A stretch of DNA of 63,814 nt, counting the filler, from Limisphaerales bacterium (GTDB lineage: Bacteria > Verrucomicrobiota > Verrucomicrobiia > Limisphaerales > SIBE01): NCBI GenBank assembly GCA_044225505.1. It is 3 parts of 3 records of this genome, joined end to end, with 100 filler letters (N's around TTAATTAATTAA, not from the genome) between each part and the next. Parts side by side here need not be neighbours in the genome. Positions count along the whole stretch, not along the records: positions 1 to 23,913 come from JBGAIN010000129.1; 2 more parts are not named here. The stretch is one strand, 5' to 3'. The position numbers and the translations under genes were made by a program. Shown piece after piece: positions 9,571 through 19,124 of the stretch; the first letter of the stretch is position 1; each line of letters begins with the position of its first letter. The notes below the pieces were generated by a model. It was not told the DNA's origin. It saw nothing but the letters and a program-made list of their open reading frames with translations, and ran no database searches.

Positions 9571-10494
9571 CTAGTCCTCGTCCTCCTGGCTGAACAGCGC
9601 CTCCGCGAACTCCTTCGGCCGAAATGGCTGAAGATCATCCGCTTGTTCCCCCACTCCGACGAACTTGATCGGAATCTTGAGTTCCTTCTGAATGGCGACC
9701 ACCATTCCCCCTTTGCTCGTGCCATCAAGTTTAGTCACGACCAATCCACTGAGCGGCACCGCTTTGTTAAACTCCCGCGCTTGACTAAGTGCATTCATTC
9801 CGGTCGTGGCATCGAGGACGAGTAGAGTCTCGTGGGGCGCTCCAGGCAGTTGCTTGCCCATAACACGGTGAAGCTTCTGCAACTCCTGCATCAAGTTGTG
9901 CTTGGTATGCAATCGGCCAGCCGTATCGACAAACAGGTAATCGGTCCCCCGCGATGTCGCCGCCGTCACCGCATCATGCGCTACAGCCGAAGGATCAGCC
10001 CCGTACCGTCCAGCAACCACCGGAACGTTCAACCGCTCTCCCCAGAGCTTGATCTGCTCGATCGCCGCTGCCCGAAACGTATCGCACGCAGCTAGCAACG
10101 CCGTTTCTCCGCGGGTCTGGACAAAGTGCGCGAGTTTTGCGCCCGTTGTGGTCTTCCCCGTTCCATTCACTCCGACAATAGAAACAACGGTGACACCCGC
10201 GGGCTCTTTGTGCAACGAGGCAGTCTGAGCGGCCAGACTTGATTCCACCTCCGCCGCAGCCACCGCGAAGACATCGAGGCCAGTCGTGCCCTGCGTTTCG
10301 TAGGCTCTTTTGACAGCGGCAATGATCTCCTGGGTAGTGCTGCTGCCAAAGTCCGCGGCGATTAAAGCCGCGTGCAACTCATCCAGCGAAGTGCCCGTGA
10401 GCCGAGGGGATCGGGTCACGATCCGCTTCATCTCGTGCACGAGCTTGGAGTGTGTCTTTTGGAGACCCGATTTGAACTTGTCGAATAGACCCAT
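9571..10494 (-). CDS. ftsY: Signal recognition particle receptor FtsY
   Basis: GVNGTGKTTT, DTFRAAA, DTAGRLH, TKLDGTSKGG. Confidence 0.97.
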   Translation of the reverse strand: MGLFDKFKSGLQKTHSKLVHEMKRIVTRSPRLTGTSLDELHAALIAADFGSSTTQEIIAAVKRAYETQGTTGLDVFAVAAAEVESSLAAQTASLHKEPAGVTVVSIVGVNGTGKTTTGAKLAHFVQTRGETALLAACDTFRAAAIEQIKLWGERLNVPVVAGRYGADPSAVAHDAVTAATSRGTDYLFVDTAGRLHTKHNLMQELQKLHRVMGKQLPGAPHETLLVLDATTGMNALSQAREFNKAVPLSGLVVTKLDGTSKGGMVVAIQKELKIPIKFVGVGEQADDLQPFRPKEFAEALFSQEDED

Positions 10495-10528
10495 GATGCA
10501 ACGACCAAAGATGGACTGTTGTCACTCC

Positions 10529-11362
10529 TCAGGGAACCGCTGCCCGATAAAGCTCCGCCTTGCGTTTGAGTTGGAGCACATGCTCGTAGGGGAGTTTTAT
10601 GCTACCAATCAGCGGTTTGCCCTTGTTTAGACCGTGGCAGTCGGATCCGCCGGTGATCAGCAACCGGTGCTCCAAGGCCAGCTGAACGTAATGCTCGCAG
10701 GCCGCGGTCGTATGCTTGCTATGGTAGCACTCCAAACCGTCCAAGCCATCCGCCACGAGTTGAGGAATGACATCATCATTCCGATTAAGTCCCGGGTGCG
10801 CCAAGACCGCGACCCCACCCGCCTGGTGAACTAGTTCGATCGCTCCCCGCGCCGATACCTTGCATTTGGGCACCCACGCCGGACGATGTTTCTTGAGAAA
10901 GCGTTCGAAGGCATCATCTAGCGTCGCGCAATAGCCACCTTGGACAAGGGCGCGAGCCACGTGCGGCCGGCCTGGAGAATGGCAATTCGCCAACGCGAAC
11001 ACGGTCTCTGATTGGAGCGGAATATTCAAGCGGTTCAACCGCGCCACCATCTCACGGATCCGTTCCTGCCGGACGGTTTGATACTTTGCCATCTCCGCGA
11101 GCAGCTGCGGATGATTTGTATCGATCAAATAGCCAATGAGATGGAGCTCAATGCCATCGACTTCCGCGGTCAGCTCTGTGCCAGGAATAAACTCTAACCC
11201 TTCCTGGGCACACGCTGCGGCCATTGGTCCGCAGCCCTCGACGGTATCGTGGTCCGTTAAGGCTATCGCTCTCAGCCCATGAAACTTGGCCCGATTCGCC
11301 AACTCGGCCGGTGTATACGTTCCATCTGAGAACAGGGTGTGAAGATGAAGATCAGCAAACAT
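10529..11362 (-). CDS. PHP-domain phosphoesterase (TrpH/YciV-like)
   Basis: DLHLHT..SDG, ALTDHDT, LAHP, TGGSDCHG. Confidence 0.92.
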   Translation of the reverse strand: MFADLHLHTLFSDGTYTPAELANRAKFHGLRAIALTDHDTVEGCGPMAAACAQEGLEFIPGTELTAEVDGIELHLIGYLIDTNHPQLLAEMAKYQTVRQERIREMVARLNRLNIPLQSETVFALANCHSPGRPHVARALVQGGYCATLDDAFERFLKKHRPAWVPKCKVSARGAIELVHQAGGVAVLAHPGLNRNDDVIPQLVADGLDGLECYHSKHTTAACEHYVQLALEHRLLITGGSDCHGLNKGKPLIGSIKLPYEHVLQLKRKAELYRAAVP

Positions 11363-11375
11363 GCCAGCCGGAATT

Positions 11376-11876
11376 TTACTTCACCAGTCGCGCTGGCCTC
11401 ATCAGGTCGCCTTTAACCTTATCCAAGATGCCATTCACAAATTTGCCGCTATCCTCTGTCGAAAAACGCTTCGCGATATCCACCGCTTCGTTAATGCTGA
11501 CCACGGGAGGAATATCCTCCCGGTATAACATCTCGAAAATAGCTAACCGCAAGACGTTACGATCCACCACCGCCATCCGGTGCAAGTCCCAGTTTCGGGC
11601 GTATTTCTTGATCTGCGCATCGATATCCGCTGCATGCTCGATCGTCCCTCGAATCAACGGTTCGGCAAACGTTTGGATCGCAGATTCATCCTCGGTAACA
11701 GGTGGCACGGGGACCGCCTCGCCCCATCGGGCCACTCCCTTTTCCTCCGCTAGCGCCGCCGCGCGTTGACTCTCCCAAAAGACGCGCAGCGCCTCGTTCA
11801 GATCTTCAGGCTGATTCAGGTCGAACTGAAAAAGAAATTGCACAGCGCGTTCTCGCGCCTCGCGTCTTATACCCAT
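11376..11876 (-). CDS. nusB: Transcription antitermination factor NusB
   Basis: RREARERAVQFLFQ, DRNVLRLAIFE, INEAVDIAKRF, FVNGILD. Confidence 0.96.
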   Translation of the reverse strand: MGIRREARERAVQFLFQFDLNQPEDLNEALRVFWESQRAAALAEEKGVARWGEAVPVPPVTEDESAIQTFAEPLIRGTIEHAADIDAQIKKYARNWDLHRMAVVDRNVLRLAIFEMLYREDIPPVVSINEAVDIAKRFSTEDSGKFVNGILDKVKGDLMRPARLVK

Positions 11877-11957
11877 AGATAAGAGGATGTCCGACCTCTG
11901 GCGTTGGCGCAAAGGAATTCGGACAGCAAAGATTGTGCAGCCCTAGTGGGATGACCG

Positions 11958-13106
11958 CTAATATTTGGGAACGCTCGGATCAATCTCCTCAGCCCAGGCG
12001 GTGATTCCCCCTTTGACACTCTTAAGATACTTAAAGCCCTGTTCTCGGAGGAAATGGACCGCTTTGAGCGATCGAATCCCACTCTTGCAATGGATATAAT
12101 ACTGCTGGTTGGCATCCAATTGCGTGAACTTCTGTGGCAATAGGCTTAAGGGCAGCAGCAGCGTTCCATCCACATGAGCAATCTGGTACTCGTCTGACTC
12201 GCGCACGTCGATCACTTTGATCCCCAGTTTTGGATCGATCAAAGCTTGTTTCATCGCTTGCACGGTGACTTCGTCCGGATTAGCGCTCGGCGCCACCGGC
12301 TCTGCTGTAATCCCGCAAAACTGTTGATAGTCGATTAAGTGGTGAATCGTTGGTTTCTCGCCGCACAACGGACACTCCGGATCGCGACGCAGCTTCAGCT
12401 CGCGGAATTTCATATCCAGCGCGTTGAACAGCAGCAACCGGCCGTTCAGTGAACTCCCCTTGCCCAGCGCGAGCTTCAATATCTCCGTCGCTTGAATGCA
12501 ACCGATAATCCCTGGCAGAACTCCCAAGACGCCACCTTCAGCGCAGCTGGGCACCATTCCCGGAGGCGGCGGTTCCGGATACAAGCATCGGTAACATGGC
12601 CCTCCCAGATGGGGTGCAAAGACACTCGCCTGCCCTTCAAAACGAAAGATCGATCCGTAAACATTCGGCTTCTTGAGAAGCACGCAAGCGTCATTGGTCA
12701 GATATCGCGTCGGAAAGTTATCGGTCCCATCCACCACAATGTCATATTGAGCGATGATCTCCAACGCGTTCTCGCTCGAGATTCTCGTGCTATGCACCAC
12801 CACTTCGACGTTCGGGTTGATTCCCTGGATCGTCTCCCGCGCGGATTCAGTCTTAGGCCGCCCAACGTCAGCTGTGCTATGAATGATCTGCCTCTGCAAA
12901 TTGGAGAAGTCGACCGCGTCAAAGTCCAAAAGCCCTAATTTCCCAATTCCAGCCGCCGCCAAGTACATGGCGATCGGGGATCCCAATCCACCCGCACCAA
13001 TACACAAAACACTGGTCGAGCAGATCTTCTTCTGCCCAGCCAACCCCACCTCCGGCAAAATTAAATGCCTGGAATAGCGGCGGATTTCATCATTGTTTAA
13101 TTGCAT
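11958..13106 (-). CDS. moeB: Molybdopterin-synthase adenylyltransferase with rhodanese domain (MoeB/MoeZ)
   Basis: RYSRHLILPEVG, GAGGLGSP, SNLQRQ, CYRCLYP, PSCAEGGVLG, C-terminal rhodanese. Confidence 0.93.
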   Translation of the reverse strand: MQLNNDEIRRYSRHLILPEVGLAGQKKICSTSVLCIGAGGLGSPIAMYLAAAGIGKLGLLDFDAVDFSNLQRQIIHSTADVGRPKTESARETIQGINPNVEVVVHSTRISSENALEIIAQYDIVVDGTDNFPTRYLTNDACVLLKKPNVYGSIFRFEGQASVFAPHLGGPCYRCLYPEPPPPGMVPSCAEGGVLGVLPGIIGCIQATEILKLALGKGSSLNGRLLLFNALDMKFRELKLRRDPECPLCGEKPTIHHLIDYQQFCGITAEPVAPSANPDEVTVQAMKQALIDPKLGIKVIDVRESDEYQIAHVDGTLLLPLSLLPQKFTQLDANQQYYIHCKSGIRSLKAVHFLREQGFKYLKSVKGGITAWAEEIDPSVPKY

Positions 13107-13170
13107 ACCAATCAGTATTGCTTGCAGCGTAGATGAGCGACGCGAGAAATCAAGCCAACCCCGCCGGTCC

Positions 13171-13998
13171 GTGACTTCCATCGCCCGAAAAACAGCCTCT
13201 CTTTTATTGCAGGCCACCACGCTCCGCCCGAGGATCGGCGTCGTTCTAGGCAGTGGTTTCCAGGGTTTGGCCGAAGCCGTTCAAACCGAAGTTGAGATCC
13301 CCTATTCCCGATTATCCGGCTTCCTTCCCTCAACGGTGGATGGGCACCACGGCAAACTTATCATCGGCGCTCTGAAAGACACGCCGCTCTTCGTCCTTTG
13401 CGGCCGTAGCCATTATTACGAGGGACATTCCATGTCGGAAATCACATTCCCGATCCGGGTCCTCGCGGAGTGCGGCGTGCGAGGCGTGGTTCTAACCAAC
13501 GCTGCCGGTGGCATCAATCGGAAGTTTCGAGTGGGCGACTTCATGGGCTTAACAGACCACATCAATCTGATGGGCGCAAATCCGTTGCGTGGCGGTTTCG
13601 AAGGCGGGCCTGTCTCATTTCTTGATCTGAGCCAGACCTACGATCCTGCCCTGGCTAAGCTGCTTCTCAAAGTCGCCCGCAAAAAACGGATCCCGTGTCA
13701 TGCCGGCGTTTACGCGGCTGTCTCAGGTCCCACCTACGAAACTCCAGCGGAGATCCGCGCGTTTGCCCGTCTGGGAGCAGATGCAGTCGGCATGAGCACG
13801 GTGCCGGAGGCAGTCGTTGCACGGCAATGCAGACTGCGAGTGTCCGCGATCTCCTGCATCACCAACGCCGCCGCTGGCCTGTCGCCTCAGCCTCTATCGC
13901 ACGCGGAAGTTTTGGCCGCTGGCCGAAGAGTGAAGAGCCACGCCGTCGCTTTGCTCACGGAGTTTGTTCGGCTGGCGCATCCGATCTTGGCGGATTAA
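13171..13998 (+). CDS. Purine-nucleoside phosphorylase (trimeric PNP type)
   Basis: VVLGSG, GRSHYYEG, TNAAGG, GPTYETPAE, VGMSTVPE. Start uncertain; GTG 13171 chosen to avoid overlapping moeB. Confidence 0.92.
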   Translation: MTSIARKTASLLLQATTLRPRIGVVLGSGFQGLAEAVQTEVEIPYSRLSGFLPSTVDGHHGKLIIGALKDTPLFVLCGRSHYYEGHSMSEITFPIRVLAECGVRGVVLTNAAGGINRKFRVGDFMGLTDHINLMGANPLRGGFEGGPVSFLDLSQTYDPALAKLLLKVARKKRIPCHAGVYAAVSGPTYETPAEIRAFARLGADAVGMSTVPEAVVARQCRLRVSAISCITNAAAGLSPQPLSHAEVLAAGRRVKSHAVALLTEFVRLAHPILAD

Positions 13999-14146
13999 GA
14001 CCGGACTTTCGCGCATCCAATAGACGCCGAATCCGGCTGGTTGAATTTGTTAGCTGTTCCAGATAAGGCTTTTAAGACAAAGCTGGCGCCCCCGCTGTTT
14101 TCGGCGGAACAGAAGCTGTTCCTCCGGTTCTGGGACAGGCGTTTGG

Positions 14147-14366
14147 CGTCCCGGCAGGGACGTCGCGGTATTAGCCCGGCACTTCCAGTGCGCACAGATC
14201 CAGTGCGCACAGATTTCAAAATCCCGACGGGACGCCTGAACCTCCTCGAATCCCAGAACCAACGTGTTTTCGGATAATCGCCCGCCCCTTCCGGGGGGGA
14301 TCGTCATGGGTCGCTGGGTCTCGGCGCTAAAGCGTCCGAGCTATTCTCATTCATGCCTCCGGCACG
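14147..14366. repeat. Inverted pair of REP-like elements
   Basis: Forward copy GTCCCGGCAGGGAC...TAGCCCGGCAC...TCCCGACGGGACGCCTGAA (14147-14240). Reverse copy at 14278-14366 resembles 23808-23894. Confidence 0.6.
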
Positions 14367-14858
14367 TCAGTCTTGGCTTGGGTACGCGGGCCAGAGACTC
14401 AACGGTTGCCTTGTGCGGGATCCTATTTCACTGAAAACAGCGAAGAACCACGTCAACAAATTGCGAACCCTCCATGGCGCCGCAGCAGCTCGGCGCAACG
14501 CAGCCTCTAACTGCTAGCGATGTCGCACACGTTGAGAGCAAAATGCTCCGAGACGAATACCGGTGACCCGCGGCGTGGGCTTTTCCGTCTTTCGATTGGG
14601 ATCCTTACGAGCCCTATCGCGAAGCGAGAACCCTATTTTCCGAAGCGGACCAACCCAACCGTCCGACCCGCCCGCTCCACGCTATCGCAGGTCGGCATCC
14701 GCTTTCGATAGCGACAAAACGGCGCCATCGGTGCATGCTCGTTGTCGCTGATCCCGATCGAATGCGGATCAGACTCGTTCGCTCAAGACTGGTTGTCGCG
14801 ACTGAGCGCCCAAGCGAATCGAACACAGAATTATTGCTATCATCACAGGAACAACGTC

Positions 14859-15941
14859 ATGAAGTACGGTCTGAATATTCGCCAGGATGCCACCCTCGAT
14901 CTCGTCTCCCTCGGTGCTTTGGTGCACCGCCTCGACCCCGGCATCATCCCCTTCCGCAAAGCCACTGAGTGCCAAATCCATGTGAGCGGCGGGGAATTCA
15001 ATGTTGCTGCTAATATCTCCGATTGTTTTCGACTGCGCACAGGCATCGCCACGGCCATGGTGGACTATCCCATCGGAGAATTGATCTCCGAGCGTGTGCG
15101 TGCCATGGGCGTGACGCCGTTCTACAAGCGATTCGCCCACAATGGCGTGACCGGGCCGAACATGGCTACCGTCTACAGCGACCGTGGGCAGGGAGTCCGT
15201 GCCCCAGTCGTCTTCTATAACCGTTCCAATGAAGCGGCCGCTCAACTGAAGCCAGGTGACTTCAAATGGGACCAGGTGTTCGCGGGCGGAGTCCGCTGGT
15301 TTCACAGCGGCGGCATCTTTGCCGCTCTCTCGGAAACGACCGCCGAACTCATCATTGACGGCATGCGCCACGCCAAGGCCGCCGGTGCGGTGATCTCATT
15401 CGATCTGAACTTTCGTGAGAAACTCTGGAAGATTTCCGGCGGGCAGGACCGGGCCGTCTCGGTGCTCCGCCGGATTGTGCAAAACGTCGATGTTTTGGTC
15501 GGCAATGAAGAAGACCTGCAAAAAGGTCTCGGGATTTCCGGTCCCGAAGCGAGCGCGAAGTCTAAACTCGATACCGACGCTTTCTTTGGAATGATCAGCC
15601 GGGTGGTGAAGGACTTTCCGCAAGTGAAAGTCATCGCCACCACGTTGCGCGAAGTGCATTCGACCAATCGCCATAGCTGGAGCGCTGTGGCCTGGATCAA
15701 TGGACAAAATTACCAAGCCCCAACGTGCGAACTCGACGTTCTGGACCGCGTGGGCGGCGGGGACGGGTTTGCCGCTGGCCTCATCTACGGATTGCTCTCG
15801 GGAGAGTCTGAGGAAAACGCCGTCAAGCTAGGATGGGCGCACGGCGCGCTTCTAACCACGTTCCCGGGCGATACCACCATGGCGACGCTAGAACAGGTCC
15901 GAGCTTTTGCCCAGGGCGGCTCCGCGCGCATTCAACGGTGA
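14859..15941 (+). CDS. PfkB-family sugar kinase (2-keto-3-deoxygluconate kinase-like)
   Basis: GGEFNVA, FDLNFREKLW, GNEED, DRVGGGDGFAAG. Confidence 0.9.
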   Translation: MKYGLNIRQDATLDLVSLGALVHRLDPGIIPFRKATECQIHVSGGEFNVAANISDCFRLRTGIATAMVDYPIGELISERVRAMGVTPFYKRFAHNGVTGPNMATVYSDRGQGVRAPVVFYNRSNEAAAQLKPGDFKWDQVFAGGVRWFHSGGIFAALSETTAELIIDGMRHAKAAGAVISFDLNFREKLWKISGGQDRAVSVLRRIVQNVDVLVGNEEDLQKGLGISGPEASAKSKLDTDAFFGMISRVVKDFPQVKVIATTLREVHSTNRHSWSAVAWINGQNYQAPTCELDVLDRVGGGDGFAAGLIYGLLSGESEENAVKLGWAHGALLTTFPGDTTMATLEQVRAFAQGGSARIQR

Positions 15942-16272
15942 TCGTAGCAACGCGGAGGCGTTCCTCACAGCCTAGATCGCGCCGGGGCAACGACTCGGAC
16001 ACGGCCACCGTGCAATATTTTTGTCGGGCGCCATTCCCGAGAATCTTGCCTTGTCCACGTTCGTGAAGTCCTTCGCGTTGGTCTTCCGCCAACGCGGGAT
16101 GGGGAACGAATTCCATCTTCAGGCCTGGCAGTTTTGGGTTACGAGATAGATCCCGCCGCGATTGATCAGAGCGGCTCGATTAAATGGATTAGATTCACTC
16201 CATTGACTTTGATCAACCAATCTGGAAACTTATGTCAATTCCTCACGTTTGACGTCCGCATCGAAAGTTACT

Positions 16273-16920
16273 ATGAGAACAGCATGCACTTACTCGCTCG
16301 GGTTGGCACTTTCAGTCCTGACAGCGAGTGCGACGACTATTGAACTCGTCGAGTACGATTCCATTCGTTTGGCGTTCAAAGTAGACCTGAGCACGTCTCC
16401 GGGCATCGTGACACCAGCGACTGTCGCCCTTTCCGATGGCTCGCAAATTGAGCTACAACCCTATTCACTTGGGTTTACCGCGAGCGTGACTGCACCGAAT
16501 CCCTTCTCCCAGACTGTCTACGTATATTTTCAGCACATTGAATACAACAATGTCACCGGAGAGAAACTCCAATACCCCAGTTTCCTATATTCCATGTCGT
16601 TCACCTACCCTCCGAATGGCCAAAAATCCTTCCTGTATTCCAATTCGCTTCGCCCCTATTCGATGACATTCGTCATGGGGACACCGTTACCGATCAGCGG
16701 TGAACCCTATTCGTTTGTGGGCGTCTCAGAGGGTGGTTCTTATTCCTGGAATAACGAAAGCCCCGGCACCGGCGGAGGAGCTGGAGGTCCGCCGGACGAC
16801 GGTGGCCTTCCAAGTGATGGCAGCGTTCCAGATGCTGGATCGACCCTGGCTTTACTCGGATACGCGCTGTTTGGAGTTTCGCTTCTCGGCTCGTGCCGTC
16901 GCTTGCCCGTGGTTTCTTAG
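16273..16920 (+). CDS. Secreted VPDSG-CTERM sorting-domain protein
   Basis: Signal peptide, Gly/Pro linker, C-terminal VPDAGSTLALLG, TM helix and basic residues. Confidence 0.8.
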   Translation: MRTACTYSLGLALSVLTASATTIELVEYDSIRLAFKVDLSTSPGIVTPATVALSDGSQIELQPYSLGFTASVTAPNPFSQTVYVYFQHIEYNNVTGEKLQYPSFLYSMSFTYPPNGQKSFLYSNSLRPYSMTFVMGTPLPISGEPYSFVGVSEGGSYSWNNESPGTGGGAGGPPDDGGLPSDGSVPDAGSTLALLGYALFGVSLLGSCRRLPVVS

Positions 16921-17012
16921 TCCTGGTGTCACCAGGGCAAATGCTCTCGCATCTCTAGGTTTCGGGCGCGCACCTGGGTCTCACACTCCAGGCGCGCGTC
17001 ACTCGTCGAACT

Positions 17013-17751
17013 TTACCGCTTCTCAAGAACCAGGATCTCCAGCATGCCGCCAAAGCAATTGCGAGATTTGATGAGATGGAGATCATGTTCGATGAAGTGA
17101 CTGCGCAAGGCAACGCGGTCGGGAAATTGTCGCAGACTTTCGGCGATATAAGCGTGCTCCGGACCCCCGTGGATCAGAATCCCCCATAGACCTCCCCAGC
17201 ACTTGAGAAGGGGAAGCTGCAGCGCTTGGCGCCAGCGAACGGGGGACTTGGCGAAATCGAGGAAAGCCGCCTGGCCTCCTGGCTTGAGAATCCGCTGCAC
17301 TTCCGTGAGTGCGTCGCCCAAAACCGGAGCATTCCGCAAAGCATAACTCCCGGTGACGATATCGACCGAATTGTCCCGAAGGGTGGTATGGCACATGTCA
17401 CCAACGATAAAACTCGCGTTCATTCGTTGGCACCGAGTGCGAGCGATCTCCACCATGGCGCTGGTGAGGTCCACTGGTGAGGTCCACTCCCGTAATATTG
17501 GCTGTCGCGTAGCGCGACCCCAGTTCAAGCATGACATCTCCGGTCCCACAGGCCAGATCGACGCAATTCGGACTGGCGACGCTCGGCAGAAGCTGCACCA
17601 ATCGCCGCTTCCAAGCAAGGTCCTGCCCCAACGACATGGCGCGCGTTGCCATGTCGTACTCGGTTGCCACGCGCGTGAACAACTGCTCGTTGTAATCTCG
17701 CTTCTTTGCCGGCGTTTCGATCCGGGTGCGTATGTTCAAACTCAGAGACAT
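17013..17751 (-). pseudogene. UbiE/COQ5-family methyltransferase, frameshifted
   Basis: N-half has YD...MSLGQD..W and VDLACGTGD. C-half has YALRN and YIAESLRQFP in another frame. A 13-bp tandem duplication at 17461-17486 causes the shift. Confidence 0.85.
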
Positions 17752-17758
17752 GATGAGA

Positions 17759-19015
17759 TCAAGGAGAGATCAATACGCTTGGCGGAACGTGGTTCAGGTT
17801 GCGAAAAGGAATGGTCAACATTGTGAAATAAGGAGCCAGCCGCGGACGGCAGGGACGACTAAACAGCACTCCGGCGATCAGGAATCTTCGTAAATTCGAA
17901 GCCAGCCAACCGCACCGCGTTCCCAGCCACATGCCGCGCTCCGCCCGGTTAGCCGCCACCCGATAGGCGCGGCGACGAAGTCGGTCATACGTCGCGAAAC
18001 TTCTTGAAGCGCGTTCCGGATCCTGCACCAGCCCAGGCAAAAGCGCCGCCAGGAATTCCGCATCCGCAAAACCGGTGTTCATTCCTTGGCCGCCAATAGA
18101 ACTCATCACATGGGCAGAGTCACCGGCCAGGACGACCCTCCCAGAGTAATATCTTTCAACCACCATCCTCTTGGCGCCGAACTCGCTGACACTTCGAACG
18201 GGCTGACAGCTAAGGTCGTAGCCCGTCAACCGTTGCACAGTCCTTTTAAGATATGATAGCGGTTCGGCCTTCCAAGCACCGCGCGCCAACGCAATCCAGC
18301 GTCGCCAACCGCCCGGAAGCGGGAAACACTCCACGGGCCCCTCCGCGGAAAAAAAGACCCTGGCTTCAGTCCCTAAACCCGAATCGTCTTCGAAGTCCGC
18401 CATGATAAAACGCTGGGGATACTGTTTTTCTTGGACGCGCAGACCGGCCGAAGTGCGCACCGTGCTGCGATGCCCATCACAACCCACCACGAAGGCGCCT
18501 CGAGCACGATGGCGAGTATCTGCAAGCAAGTCCTTAAAACGCGCTTCGATCCCCGTGGCGTCGTGCTCGACGCCCGTGCACTCCACGCCATCGTGGACAC
18601 GTACAGAGGGAAACTGCCGCAGATTCTCGCGCAGGATCTGCTCCGTCCGAGTTTGAGGAATCGATAGAAAGAAGGGATATTCCGAGCGGATGTGATCAAA
18701 CCTGAGGCGGCCGAGTTGCTTGCCTGATTCGTAAACTTCCGCGCACTGAATCTGGACGCCACTCGAACTGAACACTTTATCGAGGTTCAAGCGCTGCAGA
18801 ATCTCCAGGGACGGGGGCGTCACGCCGATGGCCATCGAACTGACCAAAGGCGTATCGCGCTTATCGAAGATGTCCGTCCAAACGCCAGCCTTTCCGAGCA
18901 GGTTGGCCAGCAGTAGCCCAACTGGACCAGCGCCGATGACCATGACCTTTCGATCAGGAAGCGGCCAAGTGGCTGCTTTTGATAAGCGAGATGGACCCTG
19001 GTTTCCCGATGTCAT
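17759..19015 (-). CDS. FAD-dependent monooxygenase (aromatic hydroxylase family)
   Basis: VIGAGPVGL, VGCDGHRSTVR, LAGDSAH..SSIGGQGMNTGFADA. Confidence 0.9.
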   Translation of the reverse strand: MTSGNQGPSRLSKAATWPLPDRKVMVIGAGPVGLLLANLLGKAGVWTDIFDKRDTPLVSSMAIGVTPPSLEILQRLNLDKVFSSSGVQIQCAEVYESGKQLGRLRFDHIRSEYPFFLSIPQTRTEQILRENLRQFPSVRVHDGVECTGVEHDATGIEARFKDLLADTRHRARGAFVVGCDGHRSTVRTSAGLRVQEKQYPQRFIMADFEDDSGLGTEARVFFSAEGPVECFPLPGGWRRWIALARGAWKAEPLSYLKRTVQRLTGYDLSCQPVRSVSEFGAKRMVVERYYSGRVVLAGDSAHVMSSIGGQGMNTGFADAEFLAALLPGLVQDPERASRSFATYDRLRRRAYRVAANRAERGMWLGTRCGWLASNLRRFLIAGVLFSRPCRPRLAPYFTMLTIPFRNLNHVPPSVLISP

Positions 19016-19124
19016 GTCAGAAAAGCGGCATCGACCGGGCCGCCTCGCCCAGAATGTGCGCCGCATCACGCATCGGCACAACCTGAGTACTATCCTTAGT
19101 CGATGCTAAGTTCCTGGCTTAGAA

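Noticed and set aside
9563..13170. FMN riboswitch or ribH near ribD-ribE/nusB
   Set aside because: Intergenic gaps are too short, no RFN-like sequence was seen, and ribH is not in this window.
14147..14366. Possible CRISPR array
   Set aside because: Only two inverted units, no regularly spaced direct repeats with unique spacers, and no cas genes.
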